This document shows, piece by piece, positions 35,861 through 45,244 of a stretch of 64,000 nucleotides of DNA. The stretch is taken from positions 2,232-66,231 of IMG/VR virus record IMGVR_UViG_3300004151_000008. One strand, 5' to 3'. The notes beneath the pieces were generated by a model. The model was given only the letters and a program-made list of their open reading frames with translations, had not been told where the DNA came from and did not search any database. The position numbers were made by a program, and so were the translations under genes. This DNA is from a virus. The stretch's first letter is position 1, and each line of letters opens with the position of its first letter.

Positions 35861-36034
35861 ATGGAAACTTTGGTTTTCTGGGTTCTGCTACAATACAGAG
35901 TAGATACCCATGAACGGTTGCAAACGGGGAGTCATGTTTATTCAAGTAGAGAATACTGCGAAGCAGATAAAGAGGTGCTTATAGTAGATAATAAAACCTA
36001 CGCTATTTGTCAGCGCTATGGTTTAGAAAACTAG
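35861..36034 (+). CDS. Small hypothetical protein
   Basis: Last ORF of the + arm. Confidence 0.5.
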   Translation: METLVFWVLLQYRVDTHERLQTGSHVYSSREYCEADKEVLIVDNKTYAICQRYGLEN

Positions 36035-36050
36035 CAAAGTGAGGCAAAAA

Positions 36051-36090
36051 TAATGCCCTCAAATATCGCCTAAGATAGTTGAGGGCATTA
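36051..36090. terminator. Terminator at the convergence of the two arms
   Basis: taatgccctcaa...ttgagggcatta 12-bp stem; A-tract on the left gives a U-tract for the minus strand. Confidence 0.8.
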
Positions 36091-36094
36091 CGCT

Positions 36095-38467
36095 CTAATT
36101 AGTAACCCCGATCTTGCCGCCAACCGACAACGCACCGGCTCCAGGAATAACGTAGGCCGGATATGCACCAGAGGGGAGAACCGGACAAGCGTCGATCTGG
36201 CAAGCACCCGAGCACCAGTGGAATCCAACTGCTGTGCAATCTCCTTCAGCAGTGCAGAGGCCGGGGCTACCGGCATCACCACACACAGGGTCAGGGGTAG
36301 GATCGACTTCGGATGTCCAAGTGATTTTGTTTCTCCCAGCCACACCACTTAACGAAGGCGTCATGGTAATTGTCAATGGAGCAGATTCAAACCCCTGGCT
36401 GTCAAGCGCAACTACTGTGTAATAGGTCGTAGCGGTGGGATTTGCCAGCCAATCAATATATTCCTTCGGCGAGGCTGTTGGAATAGTGGCAACCTTATTT
36501 TGCTGGATAGCCGCCGGAACACCAGTGTCAGAGGCGTAAACATTCCATCCCCGGATGATGCCCTCTTGAAATGCGGTAGTGAAAGGCACCTTGGCCCCTG
36601 GATCAGCGGGGTATGCGGCCGTCTGAATGCCCGCCGTGGAAAACACGTTCGACAATGCACGGGACGCCAATCCAGACCACTCCTGCGAAGTCACCGCATA
36701 GTAAAACGTACCGGCCCCCGGGGTGTCGTTGATAGTCCAATAGTCGTTACCAGTCCAAGTACCAGTGGAGAAGTTATATCGACTGAAGATGTTGGACGGA
36801 ACTTCTGCGATAGGCTCCCAACTCCCAACTGCACCTGTTGAAGATCTCCATAACCGAAACAGGCGAGTCTCTCTCGGCGGTGGCGGTTCGTTTATGGCCT
36901 CATCCGGCCAGCCGCGCTGGGTGTATCCACGCGGATTTGCAGTGCCCAACCGCCAATCAAATCGAATGGTATATGTTCCTGCCCCTGTCACGCTGGTAAT
37001 TTCCGGCGCATGCGGATAATAGGCGACAGCATAAAAAATGTCGTATTTGTCAGGTGTATTGTACAAAAAATCCCCGTGAAAAACCGCTTTCGTTCCATCT
37101 GGGCTTTGGGTCACTCTTGGAATGGCATTGTATGATGTAGAACCAAGTTCTTTCGCGTGAGTAGAAGCGATGTTTCTTGTGTCAGTCCCATCATATTTGC
37201 TTACGTAAATGTGATTGTCGGTTGCATAACTCCCTGCTGGAGATACTGCAAAATAATCAGACCAAGCCTCCCAATCTGTATGCCAGTCATAAGTTGTAGC
37301 AGGTATTTTTTGAGCTTTCCATGAATGGGTGGTCAAGTCCCAGACGCCCCACCCTCGTGTTTGCTGCGAGTTTATTCCTGCCACATAATGCCCCCATCTG
37401 TCAAAACTCGGGTGAGACATAAATTGATCTGGGCCTGTAGTGCTGTCGCTGTCACAATTCCATGGGCTCCTGTATAGTGGATCTGTGCATGTACCCCCAC
37501 TTGCAAAGCCAGTCAAAACCGGTTCTATCTCACCACCCCAATTATAGGGAGCATCATGGTCTTGGGTGTGTTTTGGACCGCCATCAGTGTCAGACCCGGA
37601 AAGGCTATACCGCCAGAAGCTCGACTTCCCCTCTGGGATGAAATAAATTTTTGCATTTGATCCTAACCCAACAAGAAACTCATCGTGCATTGTATAAGCT
37701 GGGGTGTCGTATGTGTTTCCCCAATATGGATCAAGCTGTCGAGATATAGCCCAACCATCAGGGTCCTGGACAGTGACGGAAGATCCAATATCGGTGATAA
37801 AATATTTCCCTCCTCCGGCGACGTTCAATTTTTTTCCGTCGCTGGAGAATCCTTTCTTCATACCCATTTCAAACCCTGTGTTGAAATCGAATACCATCTG
37901 TTTCGTGATGTTTGTATCCCCAACTGTAACTTTATATAATTGGTCCGTTTGCAAGCCTTCCCCAGCAAAATTCCTTCCGAACCCATAGTAAGTGTCAGGT
38001 TCAGTGGGGGACCAATGTAAATACCGTGAATGTACGAACACTTCAAATGGGGCGTTATCAGCGGGCCGAAGAAAAGAACCATCAGCTCGCATCATCATGA
38101 CCGAGCCTTGATAGGTGGCATTGTCGGAGGTTTCATAACTGCTCACACAGGCTGAAGTATCCCGTGCAGAACCGAACGAAAATCTCTTTCCATCAGCACT
38201 CCACATTGCAAATGAAATATCTGGAAGTGTATTTTTAACTTCTTTAGTGTTTGTTATTCTCCAGACTTCATTGCCGGTTGCAACGTCAGTGTACATCATG
38301 GTTTCCGGTTGCCACAGATAGGCCGGAGTCGATTCGAGAAAACTCTTGTCCCATGTAGCGGTTGCAAATCTAGTTTTCCTGGCAAACAACTCGTCCAGAT
38401 TTTCCAGCGCGGCAAACGCATTAGCAGCAACAGATAGAGCGATGATTACATAGAGTGTTTTTCTCAT
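36095..38467 (-). CDS. Secreted beta-propeller (TolB/oligogalacturonate-lyase-like) protein with FN3-like domains and a Cys-rich tail
   Basis: Signal peptide MRKTLYVIIALSVAANAFA; TD..TG.EV.RIT, WS.DGK, SPDGTK; WRLG...FRLWRS...YYAVTS. Confidence 0.7.
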   Translation of the reverse strand: MRKTLYVIIALSVAANAFAALENLDELFARKTRFATATWDKSFLESTPAYLWQPETMMYTDVATGNEVWRITNTKEVKNTLPDISFAMWSADGKRFSFGSARDTSACVSSYETSDNATYQGSVMMMRADGSFLRPADNAPFEVFVHSRYLHWSPTEPDTYYGFGRNFAGEGLQTDQLYKVTVGDTNITKQMVFDFNTGFEMGMKKGFSSDGKKLNVAGGGKYFITDIGSSVTVQDPDGWAISRQLDPYWGNTYDTPAYTMHDEFLVGLGSNAKIYFIPEGKSSFWRYSLSGSDTDGGPKHTQDHDAPYNWGGEIEPVLTGFASGGTCTDPLYRSPWNCDSDSTTGPDQFMSHPSFDRWGHYVAGINSQQTRGWGVWDLTTHSWKAQKIPATTYDWHTDWEAWSDYFAVSPAGSYATDNHIYVSKYDGTDTRNIASTHAKELGSTSYNAIPRVTQSPDGTKAVFHGDFLYNTPDKYDIFYAVAYYPHAPEITSVTGAGTYTIRFDWRLGTANPRGYTQRGWPDEAINEPPPPRETRLFRLWRSSTGAVGSWEPIAEVPSNIFSRYNFSTGTWTGNDYWTINDTPGAGTFYYAVTSQEWSGLASRALSNVFSTAGIQTAAYPADPGAKVPFTTAFQEGIIRGWNVYASDTGVPAAIQQNKVATIPTASPKEYIDWLANPTATTYYTVVALDSQGFESAPLTITMTPSLSGVAGRNKITWTSEVDPTPDPVCGDAGSPGLCTAEGDCTAVGFHWCSGACQIDACPVLPSGAYPAYVIPGAGALSVGGKIGVTN

Positions 38468-40167
38468 TACAGTGCCTTAGCCCGAAAGTTGTCAACTGTG
38501 TCTGTTGCTTGCACCCAGTTGAAGCCGATACCAGATTTGGTTCCGTTTACCAACGCTGACAGAGTGGCGGTTCCGACTTGCTCGTTGGTGTCAAGGAAGT
38601 CACCGTCATCATTAAAATCAATCTCGATTGTTGCGGTGGTTCCGTTGCGAGTAATCTGTACAAGATGGGACGCATCAGCAACCCATGCACCGGATGTAAA
38701 GGATTTGATGACATCGGTTCCTACGCTGCCCAAGGCGGTGAACGTCATGCGCGAATTCACCGCATTAACCCATACTCCGTACCCGATAGACACTCCATCC
38801 GTGTTGATCAGCACACCAGAACCACCAGCAGTCGTGCTGTTTTTGCGCTCGGTTAAAACCGCCTGGACGACCATATTCGTTGAACCTAGATCTGTTGAGT
38901 GCGCGAACCAACCTGTGCTATTGGTATAACTATTATATGCGTTGCCATTTACTGTATCCACTGCCAGGGTGGCGGTTGTTCCTGAAATCCTGGTGTAACT
39001 GCCGGCAGTGTTGATAGTGAACGGGTCGTCAATCGCCCAAAGTGCTGTTGATGTAAAAGTTGCCGATCCGGTTTTATCGGCTGAGAGGGTTACGGTTCCA
39101 GTATTATACGCTGACCCTGTGATATCACCTGTGAATGCGTTGTAGTTATACCCTTGATTGCCTTGTGCGTTTATTCCGATGACTACCGTATCAGTAGGCG
39201 CGGAGGCAGTACACACCCCAGGGCATGAAATAGACTGAGATAAAGCCTGATCGTTGCAAATGATCGTGCCATTCAATGGAGGCGTGATGGTCAAGGTTTT
39301 AAGGGTAGGGTCTGCAGTATATACCCCAGTGTTGAGGTTGAATATGCCTGCATCCGAACGATAATAGAACCCACCTGTAGACGTCGCACCGTAGAACCCT
39401 TTGGTGTTTGATGTGGTGGGAGGGTCAGCTTGGATGGTCGGCTCTCCAGGTATGTTAATCACACCGACAGTACCTTCACTGTTTGTCCCAACCATCTTGT
39501 TGGCCCCGGAGCCGTCAAGGCCGGCAGCGGCAGTAAGGGCTGGATCGAGCGGTTGGAACCCTGTGAGGTTGAGAGTACCGCCTGAATTGATCAAACCAGA
39601 AGGATTGGTGGTCAACGGGATGTTGGGCAACCAATCATATGCAGCCGCACCGGAAGAAATAAGGCTCTGGCCCGCAGCGGCTGGTTGGGATTCAAGACCG
39701 GCATTATAAATCCCGCTTGGTATCTTCCCATCTGATCCTATCTGGGGGATGTTGTTGGTGGATGTTCCGACGTTCAGCGCCGCAGCAGTGCCGAGAGTGG
39801 GCCTGTTGTTCAAGCTGTTGTAATCGTTATTTCCGCCAGTTAGCTCGAAGTAGACAGTAAGGACATCAGGCGTAGCGCTGGTTGAAACCTTATTAAATGC
39901 CTGTTTAGCAGCGTAAAGTTTTCCGTTATACGCGAGTATGGTGCCGGCTGGGATTTCAGTATTATCTGGATGATCCGCCCAATACCGTACTGCCTGGGCC
40001 TTGTCTGCCTTGGTGGTATAGACCTCGGTGTTCATTAACTGCTGCCGGCTGAAATTGGTGTCAACCGATGGCGACGTCGTATTAGATCTTAACTGCAGTT
40101 GTTGCTGTGCCGCGAACACCTGCGCATGGATCAGCAATGATAGTATTGCGATTGCGATTTTATTCAT
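38467..40167 (-). CDS. Signal-peptide-bearing protein with a tail-fibre-like N-terminal region, InlB-B-repeat-like domain and lectin-like C-terminus
   Basis: Start MNKIAIAILSLLIHAQVFA at 40167 with GGAG RBS; DYNSLNNRPTLGTAAALNVGT..GSDGKIP; LTITPPLNGTI.C...C. Confidence 0.7.
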   Translation of the reverse strand: MNKIAIAILSLLIHAQVFAAQQQLQLRSNTTSPSVDTNFSRQQLMNTEVYTTKADKAQAVRYWADHPDNTEIPAGTILAYNGKLYAAKQAFNKVSTSATPDVLTVYFELTGGNNDYNSLNNRPTLGTAAALNVGTSTNNIPQIGSDGKIPSGIYNAGLESQPAAAGQSLISSGAAAYDWLPNIPLTTNPSGLINSGGTLNLTGFQPLDPALTAAAGLDGSGANKMVGTNSEGTVGVINIPGEPTIQADPPTTSNTKGFYGATSTGGFYYRSDAGIFNLNTGVYTADPTLKTLTITPPLNGTIICNDQALSQSISCPGVCTASAPTDTVVIGINAQGNQGYNYNAFTGDITGSAYNTGTVTLSADKTGSATFTSTALWAIDDPFTINTAGSYTRISGTTATLAVDTVNGNAYNSYTNSTGWFAHSTDLGSTNMVVQAVLTERKNSTTAGGSGVLINTDGVSIGYGVWVNAVNSRMTFTALGSVGTDVIKSFTSGAWVADASHLVQITRNGTTATIEIDFNDDGDFLDTNEQVGTATLSALVNGTKSGIGFNWVQATDTVDNFRAKAL

Positions 40168-42250
40168 TGTTTGCACTCCAATCCATTTCTTGGTAGTCTG
40201 AATAATATAACGTATCAATATATGTCGGAACTTTTAAAACCTTGATAATCTTTGCGTTCGTTGGCGCGTCCTGATCAACCACATACCCGGCTACACCCTT
40301 CGACCCGCAATACAATCTCGGGCCGACGCCAGCGTCAATGAGCTGCTGGCCGGTGAAGGAGATGGGTGCGCCGTTAGCATCAAAAGCGAAATTTGCCGTA
40401 CCAGCCACCCACTCCGTAACGATCCGACAAGCGTTGGTGTCCTCTAACTGGTAGGTGTCTGTCGGGTTGATGGTGGTGGCCGTGCCGGTTAGGCGGGTGA
40501 TGTTGTTTTTGGGGGATCCATCGTTGGCTACCGGGGCCACTCCAAGAGCGCCATCAGCTAAGCCGAAGGGGCCGATGTTGTAAGGTGGATAGCGTTGATT
40601 GCCTTCGATGTCGGTGGTGATGCCTGCTATTGCTGTACCTGCTCCGATGCAAGGGGAGGTGGGTTGAAGATGGTAGTCTGTTGATGATACTTGAATGGAG
40701 TCAACTCCGTAACTGTTCGGAGTAGACAATGCCGCTGGAGTAGTGGCGTCAAAAGACGCTGGCAGATCAGTGGACGCAGTAGTAGACCAATTCCGCGTTC
40801 CGGAACCAAGGTAACTGATAGCTTTTCCTCCCTGCACGTTCCAAGGGCTCATATTAATATGAAACTGGTTATGATCCTCCACAATCGTAGGAGAGATGAG
40901 GTTGTTTAACTGGAATGCCCCTGCGAGTAAATTATTACTACTGTTGTTTTTAATAGTAATCCCAAGATTAGAAAGGCCATCAGCCTTATAAATCAAGTGG
41001 ACATTCTCATGATGTCCACCGTTTATTACAATGCCTGTCCCTGTTAAAGTTTGAACAATAGATCGATGACCACAATCAATAAAAACAGGCTGATTAAATG
41101 CAGTCCCGTTCAATGACCCCCCAGTGGTATACCCTAAGTTTACTCCTTGCTGATCAGCGCGTTTGAAAATGGGATGGTTGAAAATAGCAGCCTCTGCCAC
41201 ATTGACATTTTGCGTATTGCCGCCATTTATTTCAATGTTGTTAAAGGTGTGTCCTGTGGCCCCAACAGGTATTTGCATAGATACGTCCCTAGTCGGGATT
41301 ATTATTTTTGCACCTATTCCAGTCGGATTTCCACTCGATAGAAAACAGTAGAATGTGGAAAAACCGAGAGAATCAAAATCACCCCAGTCCCACTTATTGG
41401 ATGCCCAACTTTTAACAGTTGCGGCGGTGTGTACCTCATCAACAGTTGCGTTGGCTACACTTGTGGTTGCAACATCTTTAAATATGTTTAGAAATGGGTT
41501 TAAGCTGGTAGCGACATCCGATCCGGACGATCCTGTAATAGGTTGAATTTTTATATCATCAACATAAAATTCGCTTGGGCCGGAGTTATATAAATTTAGG
41601 GCGGAACTTGTCGCGTTAGCTGTAACATCAAAACTAAAACTTTGCCACGACCCTCGTGTGGTTAGCGTTCCCAAATTCATGCCCATGAAATATACGATTA
41701 AAGAGCTTGCCCCCACAAGAAAATATTTTCCAGATACCCTATAAACAGTTCCAATTACGGTTCTATTTATAACCTGTTGTATCCCTCCAGCCGAAGAAAC
41801 TTTGCAATATCTTGAATATGTTCCACTATAGGTGTTAGAAGTACTTCTCTCGTTATAGATCATCCCACCGGCATAGTTATCCCAATTTCCAGGAGTTTCC
41901 ATGTCACCATTTACAACCAAGTTTGTTGGAATCTCAACTGAGTTTATTAAATAAAAATACCCTGGATATAACACATTGGTAGATTGCACCCACTTGCATA
42001 TCCCAGAAGATACCAACTTGTTTGAATCAACCTCAGAAAAGACAACCTCACCATTAAAATTCCATGTTATATTGTCTTTTGATGTATTTAGTTTGAATAA
42101 TTCGTTATATGGTCCCGACCCTTGGACAACATTGATGACATCCCCTGTAGCAGACGCATTTATTGCCGATGCCAAAGAGGGATAACCTGTTGAGGAGGTG
42201 GAGCCATCACACCCCCCTGTATTTTTTTGATTTAGGTAACGTATCGCCAT
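40160..42250 (-). CDS. Beta-helix-like protein with a CBM-like insert and choice-of-anchor-Q-like motif (depolymerase or fibre)
   Basis: SLASAINA...GD.I.V..G; LVVNGDME..W...VDDIKI; DYHLQPTSPCIGAG...DIEG..R...NIGP. Confidence 0.65.
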   Translation of the reverse strand: MAIRYLNQKNTGGCDGSTSSTGYPSLASAINASATGDVINVVQGSGPYNELFKLNTSKDNITWNFNGEVVFSEVDSNKLVSSGICKWVQSTNVLYPGYFYLINSVEIPTNLVVNGDMETPGNWDNYAGGMIYNERSTSNTYSGTYSRYCKVSSAGGIQQVINRTVIGTVYRVSGKYFLVGASSLIVYFMGMNLGTLTTRGSWQSFSFDVTANATSSALNLYNSGPSEFYVDDIKIQPITGSSGSDVATSLNPFLNIFKDVATTSVANATVDEVHTAATVKSWASNKWDWGDFDSLGFSTFYCFLSSGNPTGIGAKIIIPTRDVSMQIPVGATGHTFNNIEINGGNTQNVNVAEAAIFNHPIFKRADQQGVNLGYTTGGSLNGTAFNQPVFIDCGHRSIVQTLTGTGIVINGGHHENVHLIYKADGLSNLGITIKNNSSNNLLAGAFQLNNLISPTIVEDHNQFHINMSPWNVQGGKAISYLGSGTRNWSTTASTDLPASFDATTPAALSTPNSYGVDSIQVSSTDYHLQPTSPCIGAGTAIAGITTDIEGNQRYPPYNIGPFGLADGALGVAPVANDGSPKNNITRLTGTATTINPTDTYQLEDTNACRIVTEWVAGTANFAFDANGAPISFTGQQLIDAGVGPRLYCGSKGVAGYVVDQDAPTNAKIIKVLKVPTYIDTLYYSDYQEMDWSANNE

Positions 42251-42253
42251 GTT

Positions 42254-42871
42254 TTATCCCCCTACCACAGTGAAAGCACAACAACCCAAGCCTGACTCAA
42301 GCTTCGGAATAGCCACATCATCAGGAATCAACCCGCCCGACACCGGGTGCAAATACTGAGTCCCATCGGCCACCGTAAACCCGCGATCTAACCAATCTGT
42401 ACCAACCGTCAGATCGCGACTTGTCGAGCACAACGCCGTCACAACCGCCTCGGCCAACCCCTCCGCAATAAGATGATCCCCCAATCCAACATCCCACATC
42501 ACCACGCTCGTGATTGTTAAAGCAGCGCAGTGCGACCAGTGGTGGCCGCCGCTGTCACGGATCGCCCATTTCTTACCGACTCCAATCACGATACCACCAG
42601 CAACCACCGATACTGGCGCATCACCTCCGCTGCTGGTGATGGTTTCCGATCCGGTTATGCCGGGGTGATAGAGTGTGACCGTGCCCGATACAACCTCTGC
42701 AAACTGCCGCAGTTGAGCGGGTCCGTCGTGCTTGCCGATACGGTCAATGAAGGGGTATCGGTTAGGGATATTGGCGATGAGATTGGCGCGGGGAAGGGTA
42801 CTTGAACCCTGATGGGGGTAAGCCTGCCTCCGCGAATTCCTGGCACTATTTCTTACAGCCGAACGTGACAT
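42254..42871 (-). CDS. Hypothetical protein, likely associated with virion appendages
   Basis: ORF coupled to 42874-43161; function inferred from position. Confidence 0.6.
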   Translation of the reverse strand: MSRSAVRNSARNSRRQAYPHQGSSTLPRANLIANIPNRYPFIDRIGKHDGPAQLRQFAEVVSGTVTLYHPGITGSETITSSGGDAPVSVVAGGIVIGVGKKWAIRDSGGHHWSHCAALTITSVVMWDVGLGDHLIAEGLAEAVVTALCSTSRDLTVGTDWLDRGFTVADGTQYLHPVSGGLIPDDVAIPKLESGLGCCAFTVVGG

Positions 42872-42873
42872 AA

Positions 42874-43161
42874 TTAATCAGCAAATCCAACATTAATGGC
42901 AACGGCTGTGGCAGTCTTCGCTATTTTGTAGTTACCGTAACCCGCAAAAATAATAGAGGGCTGGTCTTGGGACAGAACAATGCTAAGGCCAGCTTTATTA
43001 ATTGCTGCTTTATACGTGCCGTCTGGGTACTCTTCATAGACATAAATGTATTCGTCAGCACCCAGAGCGGCGATAATTTTACACTCGCCAGCTATGGTAA
43101 AAGCTGTGCAGTCGTCAACAGCAACAGCGGCAGCAGTGGCGGCAGCAAGTAAATTCGTCAT
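42874..43161 (-). CDS. Small beta-rich hypothetical protein
   Basis: AGGAG RBS. Confidence 0.7.
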   Translation of the reverse strand: MTNLLAAATAAAVAVDDCTAFTIAGECKIIAALGADEYIYVYEEYPDGTYKAAINKAGLSIVLSQDQPSIIFAGYGNYKIAKTATAVAINVGFAD

Positions 43162-43190
43162 AGTAAATTACTCCTATAATATTTTGGCTT

Positions 43191-43219
43191 ATCTAACAAT
43201 ATATGGTTAGTTTTGTCAA
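43191..43219 (-). promoter_or_regulatory. Sigma70-like promoter (weak -10)
   Basis: TTGACA-17-TTAGAT upstream of 43161. Confidence 0.4.
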
Positions 43220-43222
43220 GTC

Positions 43223-43693
43223 TTATCTGCAATATTTAGTATATTTATTGACAAAGTCTTCTACTCTACCTTTGCCTTTAGATGTGTTGTAAACCTCTTT
43301 CCATATATTTGCCAATCCATAGACATTATTAGCAGAAGGTAGTGGGAGAACTGACCTCCTATATTTTAGTCTAGCTATTACTATGCTATACTCTGGGTCA
43401 TCTTTAAGCCTTTTAAGATCTGGGCCGGACATTGAGAACTCAGCCCAAAGAACTGACTGCAGACTTTGTCGATAGCGTATGTAATTGTTCCAGATATCGT
43501 GCATAGTATTAGGTTCAATCTGCCACCAACCGAGCCCAGGACCACCACCTAATTGTTTTGTATACTTACAGAAATCACTTTCTACGGCACATGTACCCAT
43601 CAGTAGTTCAGTAGCTGCTGGGGAATACATCTGTAAGCGCATTAGAACGTCTGTAATGAGCAATCTCAAATCATCTTTATCCATATCAACCAC
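43223..43693 (-). CDS. Lysozyme-like/transglycosylase protein, putative endolysin
   Basis: LL.GT.AVES....Y..Q..GGP.LG.WQ.EP.T...W....ARL.Y...A..WK..YNT..GKG. Confidence 0.65.
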   Translation of the reverse strand: MVDMDKDDLRLLITDVLMRLQMYSPAATELLMGTCAVESDFCKYTKQLGGGPGLGWWQIEPNTMHDIWNNYIRYRQSLQSVLWAEFSMSGPDLKRLKDDPEYSIVIARLKYRRSVLPLPSANNVYGLANIWKEVYNTSKGKGRVEDFVNKYTKYCR

Positions 43694-44864
43694 AATGTAT
43701 TGGAGCTGTAATAGTCACACCATGTTTAGGATCAACTAACCAAAAAGGTTGCTGAGGTGGTTCGTATCCAAAGTTTCCTGCGTCAGCAAATTCATTATAA
43801 CCACAAATTGAGCCCGCCATGATCTGATTGCCTAAAAACTTCTGAGTATGAAAGTGGCCACAACAGAGAACGTCGTATGGTTGATCAACTGCTGACTGCC
43901 TATCACGTTTCTTTGTATCACCTTTTATAACAGGGAGAAGTGGGCCTGACCAGCCTGAACCCCCTCTAAACTGATTACCGTGAGTCAGCATGAAAGTAGT
44001 ATCATATACTTTCACTAGTTTATCTGGGGACTCTGAAATACTAAAGGTAATTCTACTATCATTCTTTAGAGCAGAGGCTGTCATCTTGTAAAAGAGGTAG
44101 TCAAAGTTATCACGAACCGCATTCTTAAACTTCAACTTCTGCGACATCCTACCATGATTACCAACCACGCAAGGAACATAGACAGATCCATAGACATTAG
44201 TAATAAGACGAATACCGGCAGCTAAAAGTTCGCTATAGTAGACAAGGGTGTCAGCAATGGGAAAGTCATTGGTAGCCTGCAGCTCCTCATGAATAACACC
44301 ACTAACCATGTCGCCTGCGAGCATGAGCACTAAACCTTCAATCTCTATGCCGGTAAAGTAGGAGTTACGAAGTTTTATAAGGGATTGAAAATAGGTTTGA
44401 ATGCGCTGAGTAGCAATCTCTCGGTTGTAAGCATTAATGCCATTGATCTGTTCAGGGTCAACGACTTCGTCAAAGTGTGTGTCAGAGAGCATGGCACAGG
44501 CCATTGCTTTATTCTTAGTTAGGGATTTATTAATTAACCACTCAGGACTATCAGATTCCTGTTTAGAGACATTGTTGACAAGGTCAACAACTTTGTTGAG
44601 CCTACCTAACTCATCTCTGAGTTCTTTGTTTTTACTGTTGAGTGATATGAGCTTATCTAGCAACCTTGCTTCTGATGCGGCCCCTGTATGTTTCAGCAGT
44701 ACGTGCAAATTCTGCAGCATCTCATGCAGCACTCTCGCATTATGCTCGCTGCAAGTGCCTTTGAGTTCATCAGCTAACTTATCCCTTGACAGTATCTTTG
44801 ATTCTTTCTCGTACTTAGATTTTAGCTTTAAAACTTTGCCCCAAACCTCATTGGTTAGCTTCAA
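43686..44864 (-). CDS. Calcineurin-like phosphoesterase with N-terminal coiled coil
   Basis: LSDTHFDE, LAGDM.SG.IH, GNHGR, THG, CGHFH. Confidence 0.8.
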   Translation of the reverse strand: MKLTNEVWGKVLKLKSKYEKESKILSRDKLADELKGTCSEHNARVLHEMLQNLHVLLKHTGAASEARLLDKLISLNSKNKELRDELGRLNKVVDLVNNVSKQESDSPEWLINKSLTKNKAMACAMLSDTHFDEVVDPEQINGINAYNREIATQRIQTYFQSLIKLRNSYFTGIEIEGLVLMLAGDMVSGVIHEELQATNDFPIADTLVYYSELLAAGIRLITNVYGSVYVPCVVGNHGRMSQKLKFKNAVRDNFDYLFYKMTASALKNDSRITFSISESPDKLVKVYDTTFMLTHGNQFRGGSGWSGPLLPVIKGDTKKRDRQSAVDQPYDVLCCGHFHTQKFLGNQIMAGSICGYNEFADAGNFGYEPPQQPFWLVDPKHGVTITAPIHCG

Positions 44865-45228
44865 CCTTCACCACCTTTTTGTAATCAAGAGTTTTATAGA
44901 ATAGGCCGCAGGAGAACGGAAAACTTTTTACTCCCCATTTAGAGAACTTAACTATGCAACCTTTGTTAGAACAATACTTTCTAAACTCACACTTTTCTCC
45001 AGCGTAAACTATGACACTGAACGCTCCATTAATATTTAATGCTAATGGCTTGGGCTGGACATCTACAGATTGCGCTATTGATGTTGTCAAGTTCCTCATC
45101 AAATCGTTCATCTGATATAACTCCTCTATAGTTGGTAAGGAGTATACTTCTGAAAAAGGTGATTCCGAGGTAAACTTCACAGCTTCTGTCCCCGCAAACG
45201 TCGATTCCAGGGCATCTTGTAGAGTCAA
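44848..45228 (-). CDS. Alternative overlapping ORF (uncertain)
   Basis: AGGAG 7 nt upstream of TTG; fills the gap to 44864 but overlaps the ferredoxin out of frame. Confidence 0.3.
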   Translation of the reverse strand: MTLQDALESTFAGTEAVKFTSESPFSEVYSLPTIEELYQMNDLMRNLTTSIAQSVDVQPKPLALNINGAFSVIVYAGEKCEFRKYCSNKGCIVKFSKWGVKSFPFSCGLFYKTLDYKKVVKVEANQ

Positions 45229-45244
45229 GTGTAATCTCCTTCAT
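45029..45244 (-). CDS. Small monocluster-type ferredoxin
   Basis: ITLDSTRCPGIDVC...C and LDNINSAICRCPAQAISIK; TAATG coupling to the upstream gene; AGGT RBS. Confidence 0.65.
   Translation of the reverse strand: MKEITLDSTRCPGIDVCGDRSCEVYLGITFFRSILLTNYRGVISDERFDEELDNINSAICRCPAQAISIKY

Noticed and set aside
40224-40235. Partial match tcggaacttt to the palindromic element
   Set aside because: Only one arm is present and it lies inside coding sequence.
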